Below are positions 1-12,539 of a stretch of 64,000 nucleotides of DNA, one piece after another. Position 1 is the stretch's first letter; the number at the start of each line of letters is the position of its first letter. Source of the DNA: Malacoraja senta (Eukaryota); contig CM075982.1 in NCBI GenBank assembly GCA_038087875.1, forward strand, positions 59,334,001 through 59,398,000. Reading direction: 5' to 3'. The notes beneath the pieces were generated by a model that was not told the DNA's origin, made no database searches, and worked only from the letters and a program-made list of their open reading frames with translations. Made by a program: the position numbers and the translations under genes.

Positions 1-599
1 GGAGGAGGGGAAGTATACTCCAGAATAAGAATAGACAATCTTGGCATTTGTTCGGAAGGGCAAATCTTCACAATGAAGCTGATAAGATAGCTGGAAATCT
101 TGACGTCAAATAAAAAGAGCTGAGGAAAACTTGTTTTCCAATTCGAAAATTTAAGTGGTAGATATTTTCAAGGTATGGATTATGTAACCAAAGCAGGTGG
201 ATTATTTTAAGATACCGATCAGACATGATCTACTTATGTAGAAGAGGATGATCCATATCAGTCGTTATGCACATATCTGGATCATATGCCCTTACAAGCA
301 TAAGATATTTGATAAAAACACATTTTAAATGGGCTAGTTAGCCTGGAATATTTCACATTTAGCTTTTGGATCTGTGTTTGTTACTCATTCTTGGTTCACC
401 AAGCATTAGAGATGTGACAGTAAGGCATAGCATTTTTAGGTGAAAGAAGTCATTGTAAAGAAAGTACTGATTTCCATTCGTGATCCCTATTCCAAGACCT
501 TGGTTGTTATGTCATTGCAAATGTTGAATGAGTCAGCTTGGCAACCAAATAAATGTTCAAGGCAGTGACACCGTCAAAGATCATATGTGCAGTATGATT

Positions 600-674
600 G
601 CAATGAAAGACTCAAGAATTTCTGTTACAAAACAAGGCAATGAAAGACACAAGAATTTCTGTTACAAAACAAGG
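600..674. repeat. 37-bp tandem duplication (GCAATGAAAGAC[T/A]CAAGAATTTCTGTTACAAAACAAG x2)
   Basis: Two adjacent copies differing at one base. Confidence 0.9.
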
Positions 675-1424
675 AGAATCTGCCAATGAACACAGAATAA
701 ATTCCACACTGTGATAACTGGCCAACCTTCGTTAAAAAGAGCAACAACTGATTGTTCCTAATACTGCTCAATCACTCCAAAATAGTGGTAATATTGACCA
801 TTTGATTGCTTTTCTTTACCTATTTTCTACTGTCATCTAACCATGATGATGAGAATTAGTGGTAATGGGCTTGCACAGTTAACTTTAGAGGGATGCATAT
901 AATGTCACACCTAATCCTGACTAATTTTGTAACCAAGTTTTAAATGAGTGAAATACCTCACTGTCGCATCAATATAATTAGAAATAAATATTTTAGTAAT
1001 CTTCTAGGAAAAAAGATTACCAGCTGGTGTATATTTACTTACAAGCTTGTTCTATTTTCAAACTTGTTACAAAATCTACTTTATTTTTAAGATCGTATGT
1101 CATCTTAAAAGCTGGGAGAGAGATGGTGTAAAAATACGGTGAAATGATACATAGGGTATCCTGACTATTGACCTCTACTACAATTCCAAAATGTAACAAA
1201 CCAGAAAGAAGCACACACGTTGCTTACCAATGAACCTGACAGCATCCTGAATACCTAGAATGAGCAAGGGGATTGCACATTTTATACATCTGCAAGAGAT
1301 AGCCCATTGCTAAAAGTAACTCATAATATGTATTATTGTTTGGTTTGTACCTTTAAAATCAAAATAATAATAAGTGTGTTAATATAAAATAAGGCATTGG
1401 GCTGATATATTTTACAAAGTTTGC

Positions 1425-1663
1425 AGTTTAGTTTAGTTTAGAGATGCAGCCCTTTAGCCCACTGAGAGCACGCCAACCAGCGATCACCATAGCACTATTG
1501 TACACACTACGGACAATTTACAACTTTACCAAAGCCAATTAAACTCCAAACTTATCCGTCTTTAGAGCGTGGTAGAAAACCCATGCGGTCACAGGGAGAA
1601 CATACAAACTCCATACAGGCAGCACCCATAGTCAGGATCGAACCCGGGATTCTGGCGCTGTAA
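1425..1663 (-). mobile_element. tRNA-derived SINE (HE1/V-SINE-like), head lost
   Basis: (TTTAG)n tail, central V-type domain and B-box; interrupted at TAA by a MITE end. Confidence 0.85.
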
Positions 1664-1718
1664 TGGGCCTGTCCCACTTAGGCGATTTTTCAGGCCACTG
1701 CCGGCGACTGTCAAGTTC
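1664..1718 (+). mobile_element. PIF/Harbinger-type MITE terminal fragment
   Basis: TAA followed by TGGGCCTGTCCCACTTAGG, the same TIR type as at 30521; no partner TIR seen. Confidence 0.65.
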
Positions 1719-2199
1719 TAAAGTTTCTGAATTCTTTGATTTGAGCTAAAACCTTGAAGATTTCCTGTGTCTTGCGTGTAGCTATCATTTATTGTGGTAT
1801 TTTGACCAAGCTATGCCCAGTTATCGCATTGAGTCCTGTATAAAGCTTTTACAGAGTTCTGGAAGAACCCACAGAGAACATTTTTTTAAATCACTTGTTT
1901 CTTGACAACTGTGACTGTACAGGATGTGCAGTCCTGCACTCTATTCGTCTACATGTATCACTTAGGTTTATTGTTATCCTTGTTACCTCATCTCCTTGTT
2001 AGCCCTCCACATGTACATTACCATACACTTTTTTCCAATAGAATACCATTAACCATTTACCTACCCACTCAACACACCTAGTCAAAACATACACACACGA
2101 GCTGACCTGCTGAGTGCTTCCAGCATGTTCTGTTTTCATTATTTATTTCTTGCTTTACACCTAAATTTTCTTTTTCACTACACCTATATATATATTTTT

Positions 2200-2533
2200 G
2201 GAATCATACAGTATGGAAACAGGTATTTTGCCCTCCAAGTCTATACCAATCTTTAAGCACCCAATTACTATATTTATTTTGCCCACATTCACATCAACTG
2301 CTCACAGTTTCTACCCCTCGTCTATGTATTCAAAGAAGTTTACAGCGTTTCAGTAACCTACCAACCTGCATGACTCTGGGATTAAGGAGAAAACTAAAGG
2401 ACCCAGCGAAAACCCACATTGTACCACAGATGATGAGAGAAAACTCTATACAGATGACACTGGAGGTCAGGAGTAAACCTGTATCATTGAAACTGAGGCA
2501 GCAGCTCTACTAGTTGCATCACTTTGCCACCCA
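2200..2533 (-). mobile_element. Old HE1/V-SINE-like SINE
   Basis: Degraded similarity to the other copies from tail (GGAAACAGG) to tRNA head. Confidence 0.7.
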
Positions 2534-2711
2534 CAAAAGTTATTTTAATCTTCACAGATTTGGCTTGATTATTGATTGCACCTCAAAACGTAAGCAGCCT
2601 TGTGCTGAGCCATTCAGATTGTCTTCCAGTCACAAAACCACCAGTCAAGTTTTGCTTTAGATCCAGTCAGCCAAAGTTTGGAGGCATTTTATTACTTTGC
2701 AACAGGTTTTA

Positions 2712-3024
2712 ACTTTAGACTTTCATTTCGAGTTTAGACATACAGCGTGGAAACAAGCCCTTTGGCCCACCGAGAACACGCTGACCAGCAATCAGTCCAT
2801 ACACTAGCACTATCCTAGACACTAAAAACAATTTATAATTTACAGAAGCCAATTAACCTACAAAACCTGTACGGATTATACTGTGAGAGGAAACTGGAGC
2901 ACTAGGAGAAAACCAATATAGTCACAGGGAGAATGTACAAACTCAGTACAGTCAGCACCCGTAGTCAGGATCAAACCCGGGTCTATGATGCTGTAAGGCA
3001 GCCACTCCACCACTGTGCCACCCT
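2712..3024 (-). mobile_element. HE1/V-SINE-like SINE, near full length
   Basis: tRNA head, central domain and CR1-like 3' tail. Confidence 0.9.
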
Positions 3025-3376
3025 TAACTGACCAATGTGCCACGCATGATCTTGGCCAAGAAGTTGACCTTCTTTGATTAGTCAGTGCCTATTTGAATCC
3101 CAATTAATAAGGGCTTAGGAATACAAGACAACAGGCTGAGAGTGCAGAATGGACACATTGTAAAAATATTGTCGGTTTAGACAAGAAAAAGTTGCCACAT
3201 GACGACAGCACACCAAGATATGTGGCAGACCCTACCTAAAGATGGAAGTCAGGCCAATGTTGGAATCAGTCAGGGCAAGTGTGCAGCCTCTGTGGGAAAA
3301 TCAGGGATGGACAACTCGGACAGGCAAAACCTGCCTAATTGGCCAAATCGTCGGGTTGAGAACCACTGTAAAAAGA

Positions 3377-3766
3377 TAGTGAGGGGGGATCTTATAGAAA
3401 CTTACAAAATTCTTAAGGGGTTGGACAGGCTAGATGCAGGAAGATTGTTCCCGATGTAGGGGAAGTCCAGAACAAGGGGTCAGAGTTTGAGGATAAGGGG
3501 GAAGTCTTTTAGGACCGAGATGAGAAAAGAAAATTTCACACTGAGAGTGGTGAATCTGTGGAATTCTCTGCCACAGGGGGTGGTTGAGGCCAGTTCATTG
3601 GCTATATTTAAGAGGGAGTTAGATGTGGCTAAAGGGATCAGGGGGTATGGAGAGAAGGCAGGTATAGGATACTGAGTTGGATGATCAGCCATGATCATAT
3701 TGAATGGCGGTGCAGGCTCGAAGGGCCGAATGGCCTACTCCTGCACCTATTTTCTATGTTTCTATC
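3377..3766 (+). mobile_element. CR1 LINE 3' end
   Basis: ORF2 C-terminus (RGDLIETYKILKGLD, FTLRVVNLWNSLP), 3'UTR and CTATGTTT-type tail. Confidence 0.95.
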
Positions 3767-3949
3767 TTACTATAGTTCTATTCTACCAGATCTGAAACAT
3801 CAAAACTTTCAGAACCTCTTGATCAACCCACTGCCCCAGGATGGCCCCAACATGGTACCAAGGCATTTTCAAAGTGTTGAACAACGTGTTAACCAATGGA
3901 GAGAAACATGTCAGGAATTATGTGAAAGAAAGGAAAGAACGGTTGCATA

Positions 3950-4079
3950 GGCAACCTTCACGTGATCCGCCCTGTTTCGACTAATGCAATCAACTCAACG
4001 TGCACAAACGGAAGATCAAATAGAACAAGTTGTCCTACAACTTTAGGCTGTGTACGCCACACGAAAGAAAAAGAAGAAG
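3950..4079 (+). mobile_element. Short LINE/SINE 3' end with GAA tail (Ingi/Vingi-like?)
   Basis: CpG-containing 130-bp block ending GTACGCCACACGAAAGAAAAAGAAGAAG; family assignment is tentative. Confidence 0.35.
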
Positions 4080-4859
4080 CTACCCATATCATGATGTTCT
4101 ACATATACTTTCTATAATACTTTCATTTTACCAAATATCTTCTATATTCACCCTAACACTACCATTGTTAAACTAACGTAACTTATGCCATTTAATGAAT
4201 GCCACAAAACATTTTATTGTTATTATTACAACTATCTTGAAACATTCTTTAAGAATGATGAAAGGATTTGTGTAAAGTCAATTTTCCAGAAGTCAGGTCT
4301 TTCGTAAACCAGACAGTCCCCATTCTTGTTTTCTACACTAATATTCTATCCATCCCCATCTTGTCTAAATCCACTGCAGTTAGGAATGCGAAGCTGCCGT
4401 TCTTTACACCGTGGTTCAGTAATGTCTGAAACGTGAGATCTCTGATCTCCGCTATATCTTTCTCCAGGGTCACTGAGCACTGGTGAAGCTACCCTCCAAA
4501 GGGTGGGGCACTGATTACACGACTATCAACATTGCTGTCTGAGAAGGCAACAGTTTATAAATATCAGTTCTCAATTAAATCCTCATGATATTTTAAAGTA
4601 TTTTGCAACCAAGAGGCTTCTTATAAAAAGAAGCAATTGTGTTTATAGCATTCCTTTCATGAACAGAGTGCCTTTGAGGACCGCACCAGGTCCCTATTTG
4701 TTCTCGGTGGCGCCCCCCGCTGATTCCCTCTTTGTTATCTTTGTAATTACAAATGATTTTGTGATCCAGATATTTAACTGGAGCACGAAAGGGTTTTAAA
4801 AAATAAGCACATTTAACTATTCACAAATAGTAAACAACAAATAAATCTGCGTGAGCCAA

Positions 4860-5005
4860 ATAAAAAGTGTTGGAGGAACTCAGCGGATCAGGCAGCATCT
4901 GGGAAAGGAATGGACAGGCAATGTTTCTGGTTGGGACCCTTCATCACTCTGAAGAACAACCCTGACCCGAAACATCACCAGTCCATTCCCTCCCCAGATG
5001 CAGCA
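4860..5005. mobile_element. Penelope-like (PLE) terminal repeat, head-to-head inverted pair
   Basis: Inverted arms around CCCTTCATCA/CTGAAGAA...CCCGAAAC motifs. Confidence 0.7.
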
Positions 5006-5063
5006 TTGGCAATCTCTTGTGACATCATAACCCTGACTCCCTCATCATAACTAGACCACGTTT

Positions 5064-5196
5064 AGTCTGAAGAAGGATCTCGGCCTGAAACATCACCCAT
5101 TCCTTTCCCCAGAGATGCTGGCTGTCCCACTGAGTTACTCCAGCATTTTGTGTCTATCTTTGGTTTAAACCAGCATCTGCAGTTCCTTCCAGCACA
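5064..5196 (+). mobile_element. PLE-derived short repeat
   Basis: CTGAAGAAGG...GAAACATCACCCATTCC...GAGTTACTCCAGCA...GCATCTGCAGTTCC. Confidence 0.8.
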
Positions 5197-5362
5197 TTTA
5201 GTTTAGTTTAGTTTACTTTGGAGATACAGCATGGAAACAGGCCCTTTGGCCTATCGAGTCTGCACCAACCAGCGATCACCCGTACACTAGTTCTATCCTG
5301 CACGGAGGGGACAATTTACCGAAGCCAATTAATCTACAAACCTGCACATCTTTGGAGTGTGG
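5197..5362 (-). mobile_element. HE1/V-SINE-like SINE, 3' half
   Basis: (TTTAG)n tail plus body. Confidence 0.85.
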
Positions 5363-5514
5363 AAACAGTCCAAGGAAATAATCGGTGTTGTTGATTTCAA
5401 ATGAATCTTTTGCTTTTTTTAAATACTTTACATATTGCTGAATGATGCTTCAGAAATAAAAGTCTGGGGAACAGCAGGCATGGCGAAGTGCCATCCTGAT
5501 ACGTCATAGGATGT

Positions 5515-5695
5515 TAGACACGGGTGGCGTTTCTGGTCAAGACCCTTCATCAGACTCAAGGAATAGGTGATTTTTCAGGTTGAGACCCTTCATCAGTCCT
5601 TTTCTCCAGAGATACAGCCTGGCCCGCTGATTTACATGAGCATTTTGTGTCTATCTTCGGTGTAAACCAGCATCTGCAATTCCTTTCCTATACAG
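5515..5695. mobile_element. PLE-derived insertion with inverted 5' pieces and 12-bp TSD
   Basis: GTCATAGGATGT at 5503-5514 and 5696-5707. Confidence 0.8.
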
Positions 5696-6544
5696 GTCAT
5701 AGGATGTGTTGTTTGTGCCTAACATTCCTCTTGAATCAAACTATTAATCACAGTGGGTTTACCGAGATGTGCGCTGAACAGAGACCAAACAATCTCCTTC
5801 AGAAAACTAACAAGTAGAATATACATCAGATGAGTCACACATCAGTAGCAGTTACAGGGCAAAGGCTGATGCTCAGAGAGGTTCCTAGAAATCCTCATAA
5901 AGATTCTCCGAAGAAAGATAATAAGGAGCAGGAAGAAATGATAGTCAGTCTCAAAATATGTAGGTACAAATTAGAGACGTGGCTTTACTTAGTCATGAGA
6001 CATGATTTCTGGTTTCCATCAGCCAGACTAATAAGGGATTGCAATCTGTTCCAGGATGCTTTCTGGTTATATCTTTAATAATCTGTTAGCCTTTGAAAAG
6101 AACTTGCCCCAAAGAGAAAAAACAAATTAATAACATATCTAATACAACAAAACTGGGTAGCGAATGGTCCTTAAAGTTGGCGTTTTGCTTTTAACATTAC
6201 AAATGACTGGACTATTATCACAAATAGTATTAGAAAAGATTTTCAGGGGTTTAATGTATATTTTGATTCATTCTCATCTACCAGACAATGCATGGAAAAA
6301 ATCATGCTGCAGACTGCAAATCACTGTTTAAGAAAGTGGCAATTTATTTTCAGAAAGCCATCTAATTTTCTTACAATTGACACATTCTGCAAGGCGTTTG
6401 ATCTTCAGTGAGAAGAATTCTATAGAAGACTCCTGAAGAAATATTCCTTTTACCTTAATCCTCTTTTCTGCATTTAAGAAGATCCAGTCTCTACTGCATT
6501 AATAATTGAACTGTTTCAATTCATCAGCCTTGCTTGTTCATACT

Positions 6545-6941
6545 TCAATTAGAGTTTAGAACAATGAGGGGGGACCTCACTGAAACATACAGAATTATGA
6601 AAGGCTTGGATAGAGTGCATGTGGAGAAGATGTTTCCACGAGTGGGAGAGTCTAGGACTAGAGGTCGTAATCTCAGAATTATAGGATGTTCTTTTAGGAC
6701 GGAGATGATGAGAAATTGCTTTAGTCAGAGGGTGGTGAATCTGTGGAATTCTTTGCCACAGAAGGCTGTGGATATTTTAAAGGCAGAGATAGATAGCTTC
6801 TTGGTTAGTAGAGGTGTCAGAGGTTATGGGAGAAGTCAGGAGAATAGGGTTTGGAGGGAGAGATAGATCAGCCATGATTGAATGGCGTAGACTTGATGGG
6901 CCAAATGGCCTAATTCTACTCCTAACACATGACCTTATGAC
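6545..6941 (+). mobile_element. CR1 LINE 3' end
   Basis: LEFRTMRGDLTETY...FSQRVVNLWNSLPQKAV plus 3'UTR. Confidence 0.92.
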
Positions 6942-7561
6942 CACACGCCCTTCTTCACCTGATTTTTTTGTATTTACATATTCTCTATGTTCTCTGGATT
7001 TTGTTCTCTGTCTGGTACAAGGGTGCTGATTTTCTAGCTGGATTCTCTGCAGAAAAACTGCAGCAGAACTATAACATGTTTGACTATAACATAGGATTGT
7101 TTCCAATAGGCCTCTACCAGTCGGTGTGGGAAGTTGGACCAAAGGGCCTGTTTCCACCCTGTACAGTATGACTATGACTCGATATTATTATTCAGCCATC
7201 TATTTCAAATCATCTTTGAAACCAAATGCATTGCTACATATAAAAATATAGTTATAGTTTTTGACCTAGAAAATCAACTTGAAGACCTATGTTAAAATGT
7301 TTCCAAGTGGGTGGTGTGCATTGTTTTGTTCTATTGATGATAGGGTATAGGTTTTGTGCACAAGCAATGTGCAAGTCTTCATGCCCACAAATGTGACTAT
7401 TTGTGCAATTAGTTATGAGTAATGTTATTTATGAACCATGAACAAACACACACTATTTCTCCATATGCTGGATTTCTTAATGGAACAGCTGTCAAAGAGT
7501 CATACAGCAAGGAAACTGTCCCTTTGGCCAAACGTATCCATATTGACTAACTGTGACAACT

Positions 7562-7880
7562 TTAGTTAAGTTTAGTTTAATTTAGAGAAACAGTATAGGA
7601 ACAGGCCCTTTGGTCCACTGAATCCGCACCGACCAGCGATCACTCCTTACTCTAGCACTATCCTATGCACTAGGGACAATTTTACAATTTTACCAATCCC
7701 AATTAACCTACAAACCTGTATGTCTTTGGACTGTGGGAGGAAACCGAAGCACCCGGAGAAAACCCATGCGATCACAGGGAGAACGTACAAACTCAATATA
7801 GACGGCACCCGTAGTCAGGATCAAACCCGGTCTCTGGTGCTATAAGGCAGCAGCTCCACCGCTGCGCTACTGTGCCGCCC
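7562..7880 (-). mobile_element. HE1/V-SINE-like SINE, full length
   Basis: tRNA head with A/B boxes, central domain and (TAAAC)n tail. Confidence 0.92.
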
Positions 7881-8880
7881 TTTGTAAGCAGTTCAGTGAC
7901 GAAGTTGATCTCCAGGATGGGACAGGAGAGAAAGCAATGATTTGATGATCATGGTACCAGTAAGGGAGGATTGGCATACCCAAGACTCTCGCCTCAAAAA
8001 TTAGAATGCTGCTATAATTTCTTACACATCCCAATTAAAGCATTTTCTGAGTTGTGTCAAGTTTCCGATTTAAATTTATAACTTTGAAATAAACTGAAAA
8101 GTTATGAGTATCACAGTGTGCTTATTATAATGGGGAACAGTTGATCTTATAGTTAGCTCAGTTAAATAAACATATCATTTGTCTTACAGGAGTCAGGATG
8201 TCCTGTGTTCCTGTGTAATATATCAAGATAACCACATTAGAGCTTTGGTCTGCAGTAATCCCATTTCATTCATCCTGTGGCAATGCTTGACATCAATGGT
8301 GATAGCTTTGAACCTTAGAGGGAAGGAGAAGCAGGGATTTCTTTAGAACAGGGTGTTGCCTTTGGAGGAAGTTGGACGTCCAGCACTAAAGACGCCAAGC
8401 TTGGCCACATAACATCTGCAGGAAACACAGTTGTAGGAGCTAATGCAAAGCATAACAAACAGTATTTGTGTAACAAACTTGTATTTGAACAACACACTTG
8501 AACTTGAAACATGTGGCATCAATTAAACACATTTAAAATATTTTTTTTACATGGGCCTCACCTGAATAATAATCAAATATCTGACCATTCACTGCTACTG
8601 AACTAAGCATTGTGTCTCCTGAGCAATGGGTAACCTAAGAATATAAGTAATGAATCACAAAAAAAAGCCATTTTTGTTCTTTTATGCGAAGCAGGTAAAG
8701 CTCACATTTATTTCCTATCGACAAGTGCCCTTGCTGCTGGTGACGTAGCCTTCTTAAACTGGGAGCAGTCCTTCTGATGAAGATACTGCCACAATGTGCC
8801 CGAGTAAGGTTACAAATAATGCATTTCAAAGAAAGGGTGATGTGTGATTTGGAGGGAGTGCTACAATAAGAGAGGGTTTT

Positions 8881-9158
8881 ATAGAACATAGAATACAGCA
8901 CAGGAACTGGCCCTTTGGCCCAATGTCCATGCCAAACTTAATGCCAAGACCAATGCTTATCTGCCTACGTATATTCTATTCCCTCCATTTCCATCATATC
9001 CAAGTGCCTATCCAAAAGTCTCTAAAACACCACTCCTGTACCTGCCTCAACCATTACCTCCAATAGTGCTTTCTAGACACTAACCATTCTCTGCATAAAA
9101 CACAAGCCCCACACATCTCCATTAAACTTTACTCCTCTCACCTTAAAGCTATGCCCTA
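8881..9158 (-). mobile_element. Old CR1 3' end
   Basis: ATAGAAC tail repeat and CR1 3'UTR similarity. Confidence 0.7.
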
Positions 9159-9208
9159 GTTAATATTGGCTAAATTAAAGACACCATAAAATGGAGGATC
9201 CCTGCACT

Positions 9209-9983
9209 TGTCAGAATTGCTTAACCCTTGTCAGCTGAACTTTACAGGCTTTGATTGGCACCAGCCAGTCTAGGCTCAGACTGGTATGCAGGACAGTGAG
9301 GGGTCCAGGTATTCTCCCTGTTTCTCTTAAATTGATAACATGTATAGCAGTTTTGCAAACTATCCTTAAATGCATATTTTCTATTAGATCACTGCAAAAG
9401 CATTGTAAATTGTATAAATAATGTTTCAAGATGGTCATCCTGTTAATTGATGATTGGTCGAACTGTTGAGCCTTGGAGAAATTGTTTGAATCTCAGGGCA
9501 CATGTTTCAATGTTTGTTCTTGTTGGCTTCCTTCTAGAGCTTTCTTTCTAATACAATGTATTAAGCTGCTGTATTATTGGGTTAGGGAAATTTCTGTTAT
9601 GTATGGGGTTAATCGATATCTGTAATTGGATTGTTCAGAGACCACCCCCATGTGGTTCAGTCCCTCGAGGTCCCGGGACCTATAAAAGTCCGCTGCAATG
9701 GGGTCCAGCGTCGATCTTCTGGGAGAGCGCTTGGGACTGCATGACCTTCTGGAGTGTCTCTGTTTGAGCGAGGCCTAGAGGGCTTGATCAGGCAGATACG
9801 AAGATCAAACCCGCGGTGGGATAGGTACAGTAGTTGAACTGTAATTGTGCTTTGCTAAAATAAAGATTAGTTGTTCGTGCTTGATTCAGTGTTTTTGACT
9901 GAAACTAGACTGGGGAAGCTTAGAATGAGCAATTTACACCCTCTGTTATTTGATATTTCCTTCCTGAGAAAAAGGTTCTGACT
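9209..9983 (+). mobile_element. Solo-LTR-like element
   Basis: TGTCAGAA...TTCTGACT inverted ends, TATAAAA at 9681, AATAAA at 9859; homologous to 37874-38570. Confidence 0.6.
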
Positions 9984-10169
9984 CTCTGCCTGTTTCATTG
10001 CATCAGCTGCAGATGTTCCTTTCGGGGGGATGTTTTTGAAATATGTGGTCAAAGTAGCCTTAACAGTAACTAATGTACAATATGGGGATGGTACACACGA
10101 CAGCCACAATGAGATGGTGCAAATAAATGGTGAGAATGGTGGATGAGTATCAATGGTTTAAAAGTTCAT

Positions 10170-10390
10170 GTCATAGGTGCAGAAGTAGGTCACTTGGTCC
10201 ATCAAGTCTACTCCGCCAATCAATCATGCATGATCTATCTTTCCTTCTCAACCCCATTCTCCTGCCTTCTCCCCATACCCCTTACTAGTCACAAATCAAT
10301 CAATCTCCACTTTAAAAATTCCCAATTACTTGGCCTCCACAGCTGGCTGTGGCAATGAATTCCACAGATTCACCACCCTCTGACTAATGA
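10170..10390 (-). mobile_element. CR1 3' end
   Basis: Reverse complement of CR1 3'UTR and GAGGGTGGTGAATCTGTGGAATTC. Confidence 0.8.
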
Positions 10391-11189
10391 AGTTAGCTAT
10401 CTTCACCTGGCGAGTGCCAATCCTCTTGTGTGTTGTTGGACCTTTCAGGTAATGGGGAGTATTCTATCACACAACCGATATTCCTTGCTTGATGGAAAGG
10501 TTCGGACAGTCAGGCATTGAATCAACATCGCTTACCATATGATATCCAGCTTCTGACCTGCTTTAAGATGTGCAATATATATGTTGCTCATCTTGTTAAA
10601 TCCTGGTCAAAGATGCCCCTCAGGATGTTGATAAATTGGGAAATTAGAACCTATGATGGTAATGTCATTAAATGTCAATGGTGGACAGTCAATCCCTCCC
10701 TTGTTGGAAGAAGGGTCTCAACCCAAAACATCACCAATTCTTTTCTCCCAGAGTTCACCTGGTAGACTATCCTAAATGGGAGTCAAATCCCAAATCACTT
10801 ACAATGAAATTTTTAACATTCATCTAAAGGCATCCCTTTGAATAAATGGACATGGTTTTTTTTAAGAATAAATAAAAGTAAAGATTGGGGTTGTAAAGAA
10901 CACAAAAACATGAACATGATTCAAATTATACAAATTAAGTCCGATGGTTTGGTAATATTGGCAAACTTACTTATGGTCGATAACCCCTTCATCAAAGTAA
11001 AAGGTATAAATCCATTCCGTTCGAGAGTGTCAGAGATTATGGAGAGTTATAAATTTGGAACCCATAACATGCTGTCAGGAGATATGATTAGTGATGACAG
11101 TCATTCTAAAAAATGTCTCAGCATTACAACTTCAGCATGCTCTTGTGTTGTGAAGTAAATTTGTGTGTAGATTGACTGAAGGGCACATA

Positions 11190-11358
11190 TTCTGTAGCTG
11201 TACACTGGATTGTAATCATGAATTGTGTTCCCGCTGACTGGTTAGCACACAACCAAAGCTTTTTACTGTATTTCGGTACACATGACAAACAAAATCAAAC
11301 TAAACTACACTAAACTACACTACACCACTACACTAAACTACACTAAACTACACTAAAC
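11190..11358 (+). mobile_element. Rex1/Babar LINE 3'UTR with (ACTAAACTAC)n tail
   Basis: Matches the Rex 3'UTR at 45433-45550. Confidence 0.7.
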
Positions 11359-12539
11359 ATCCATCCAGTCCAAGTTACTAAACACGTTACTTCAAACATT
11401 TGATAAAATGGTCAGAGAACGCATAGGCATCACACATTGTGCTAGAACTGAAAGCTGATAATTCTGCTCGTTTTATAAAAAGGTAGTGGACGATTAACAG
11501 TACCCTCTGCTCATGTTTCTCAGTCTACAGTATATACTGTATTTATATACTGAAGGCTTTCAATAAGTTAAACCTTTTTCATGTTTATGCCTAACCTAGG
11601 GTAGACAAAGAAACCTCACACTACAGGTCATCCCCAGGGTACACCAGGAGTATATCCTATTAAGTGTTTGTATCCCAAAGAAAATTTGCAAGTGGGAATA
11701 TGGCCATGAACATGTCAGAAGATGCCTTCAAACCTTCAGGAGCTGAGAAATCCATCCTACCATCTCCCAAATTGGGCGTTTGTAATCTCGGGGGCGACCT
11801 GTAGTTGACGATAACACCCAAAAAGGACTGTGCTTGTATATCAGGTTACCTCATGGAATTAAGCCTTTACCAAAAATATTCCCGACAACTCCGAATAAGA
11901 TGCAGTGTGGATCCCTGACTGGGTGTGATTCAATACTGCACCAGATTTCCACCCAATCCTGTCACCGTATTGCATTTTCTTCAAACTAGTAAATACAGAT
12001 GAAATACTACAGTGAGGGTGTGATGGGGTTGGGGGAGAGGATCAGCAAAAATGTATATGATCCATGCAATGATAGCTTCACCTGTGAATTTTTTGGTGGA
12101 TTATTATGCCAATCAATAGCTAAAGCTCCCTGCAATATTTCTGAATATGGATTTGGGGTAGTGATAAATCAGATTGTGGACAGTGAATGTGAGAAGCAGG
12201 TTGCTTACATAGTGTAGACACTGATCAAAAGGGAGGGGGAAGAGAGGATACAAAAATTACACTGGAATAGAAAAGGTGGTATTGGCAATTATATTTGAAA
12301 TTCGAAGTATGTACATGGAACATGGAAGAAGGCAAAAGTGGGTTAAGTTCAGAGACATTTGCAGAGTAAATTACCCTTAAATGCTTGTTTTTTGTGGCTA
12401 GCATATAACTATTGGTCAGTTTACTGAAATATTGCAGGATTGAATATAGGCAATAAATGCTGACTTTGTCAGTTACATTCACATTCCAGTGATGAATAAA
12501 ATAATCAACCCAGCGTTAATTACTACGTATCAAAAAAGT

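Noticed and set aside
7800-7880. tRNA genes at SINE heads
   Set aside because: These are tRNA-derived SINE 5' regions continuing into SINE bodies, not cloverleaf genes.
10838-11158. 106-aa plus-strand ORF
   Set aside because: Non-ATG start, no recognisable domain and no plus-strand splice support.
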